Virus record (IMG/VR): IMGVR_UViG_3300029381_000172
DNA length: 5,484 bases
Reading direction: 5' to 3' (one strand)
Source: a virus
The translations under genes were made by a program, and so were the position numbers. Within the stretch, counting starts at the first letter, position 1; each line of letters starts with the position of its first letter. Shown here piece by piece: positions 5,406 through 5,484 of the stretch. Below the pieces are notes generated by a model. That model saw only the letters and a list, made by a program, of their open reading frames with translations. It searched no databases and was not told the origin of the DNA.

Positions 5406-5484
5406 GGAGTGATGATATATGAGTTTCTTGTCATCGGTTGCTGGTGCTGCACTTGGCATATGGTCGGGTAATAAGTCGGCTAAT
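5362..5484. repeat. 123-nt exact duplicate of positions 1..123: terminal redundancy of a circular 5361-nt genome (assembly wrap-around)
   Basis: Base-by-base identity read directly. It contains the VP1 3' end and the VP2 5' end (the second VP2 copy starts at 5419). Confidence 0.95.

Overview
The window contains one complete circular ssDNA phage genome of the family Microviridae, with gokushovirus-like gene content, plus a 123-nt wrap-around duplicate. The unit length is 5361 nt. Positions 5362..5484 are an exact repeat of 1..123, which is how a circular genome looks when written linearly with terminal redundancy. All credible genes are on the + strand, and the + strand is T-rich, as expected for the packaged virion strand of a microvirus.

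Gene order starting at the major capsid gene:
- VP1 major capsid protein, 3720..5405. Its last 44 nt lie in the repeat and equal 1..44.
- VP2 minor capsid / DNA pilot protein, 58..1101.
- A strong consensus sigma70 promoter, 1121..1149.
- A 59-aa hypothetical protein, 1178..1357.
- A 36-aa single-pass transmembrane peptide that the ORF track does not list, 1350..1460.
- A 37-aa Arg/Lys-rich DNA-binding protein of the gokushovirus ORF8 type, comparable to phiX174 J and also missing from the track, 1477..1590.
- VP4 rolling-circle replication initiator, 1622 (or 1613)..2539.
- A roughly 320-nt non-coding intergenic region.
- A VP5-like protein, 2859..3137.
- VP3 internal scaffolding protein, 3112..3558, most likely starting at the internal ATG at 3112 rather than the track's GTG at 3022.
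- A structured 160-nt leader with a perfect 12-bp hairpin and a second 7-bp hairpin, immediately upstream of VP1.

Every other ORF in the track is an antisense or alternate-frame artefact of the T-rich sequence. No tRNA, rRNA, CRISPR array or integrase is present. Protein identities rest on motifs I recognise by eye (HUH and YVARYVMKK in the replication initiator, AGLNPML in VP2, the scaffold C-terminal FLDFV...LGL, the VP1 N- and C-terminal blocks). They have not been checked against any database.
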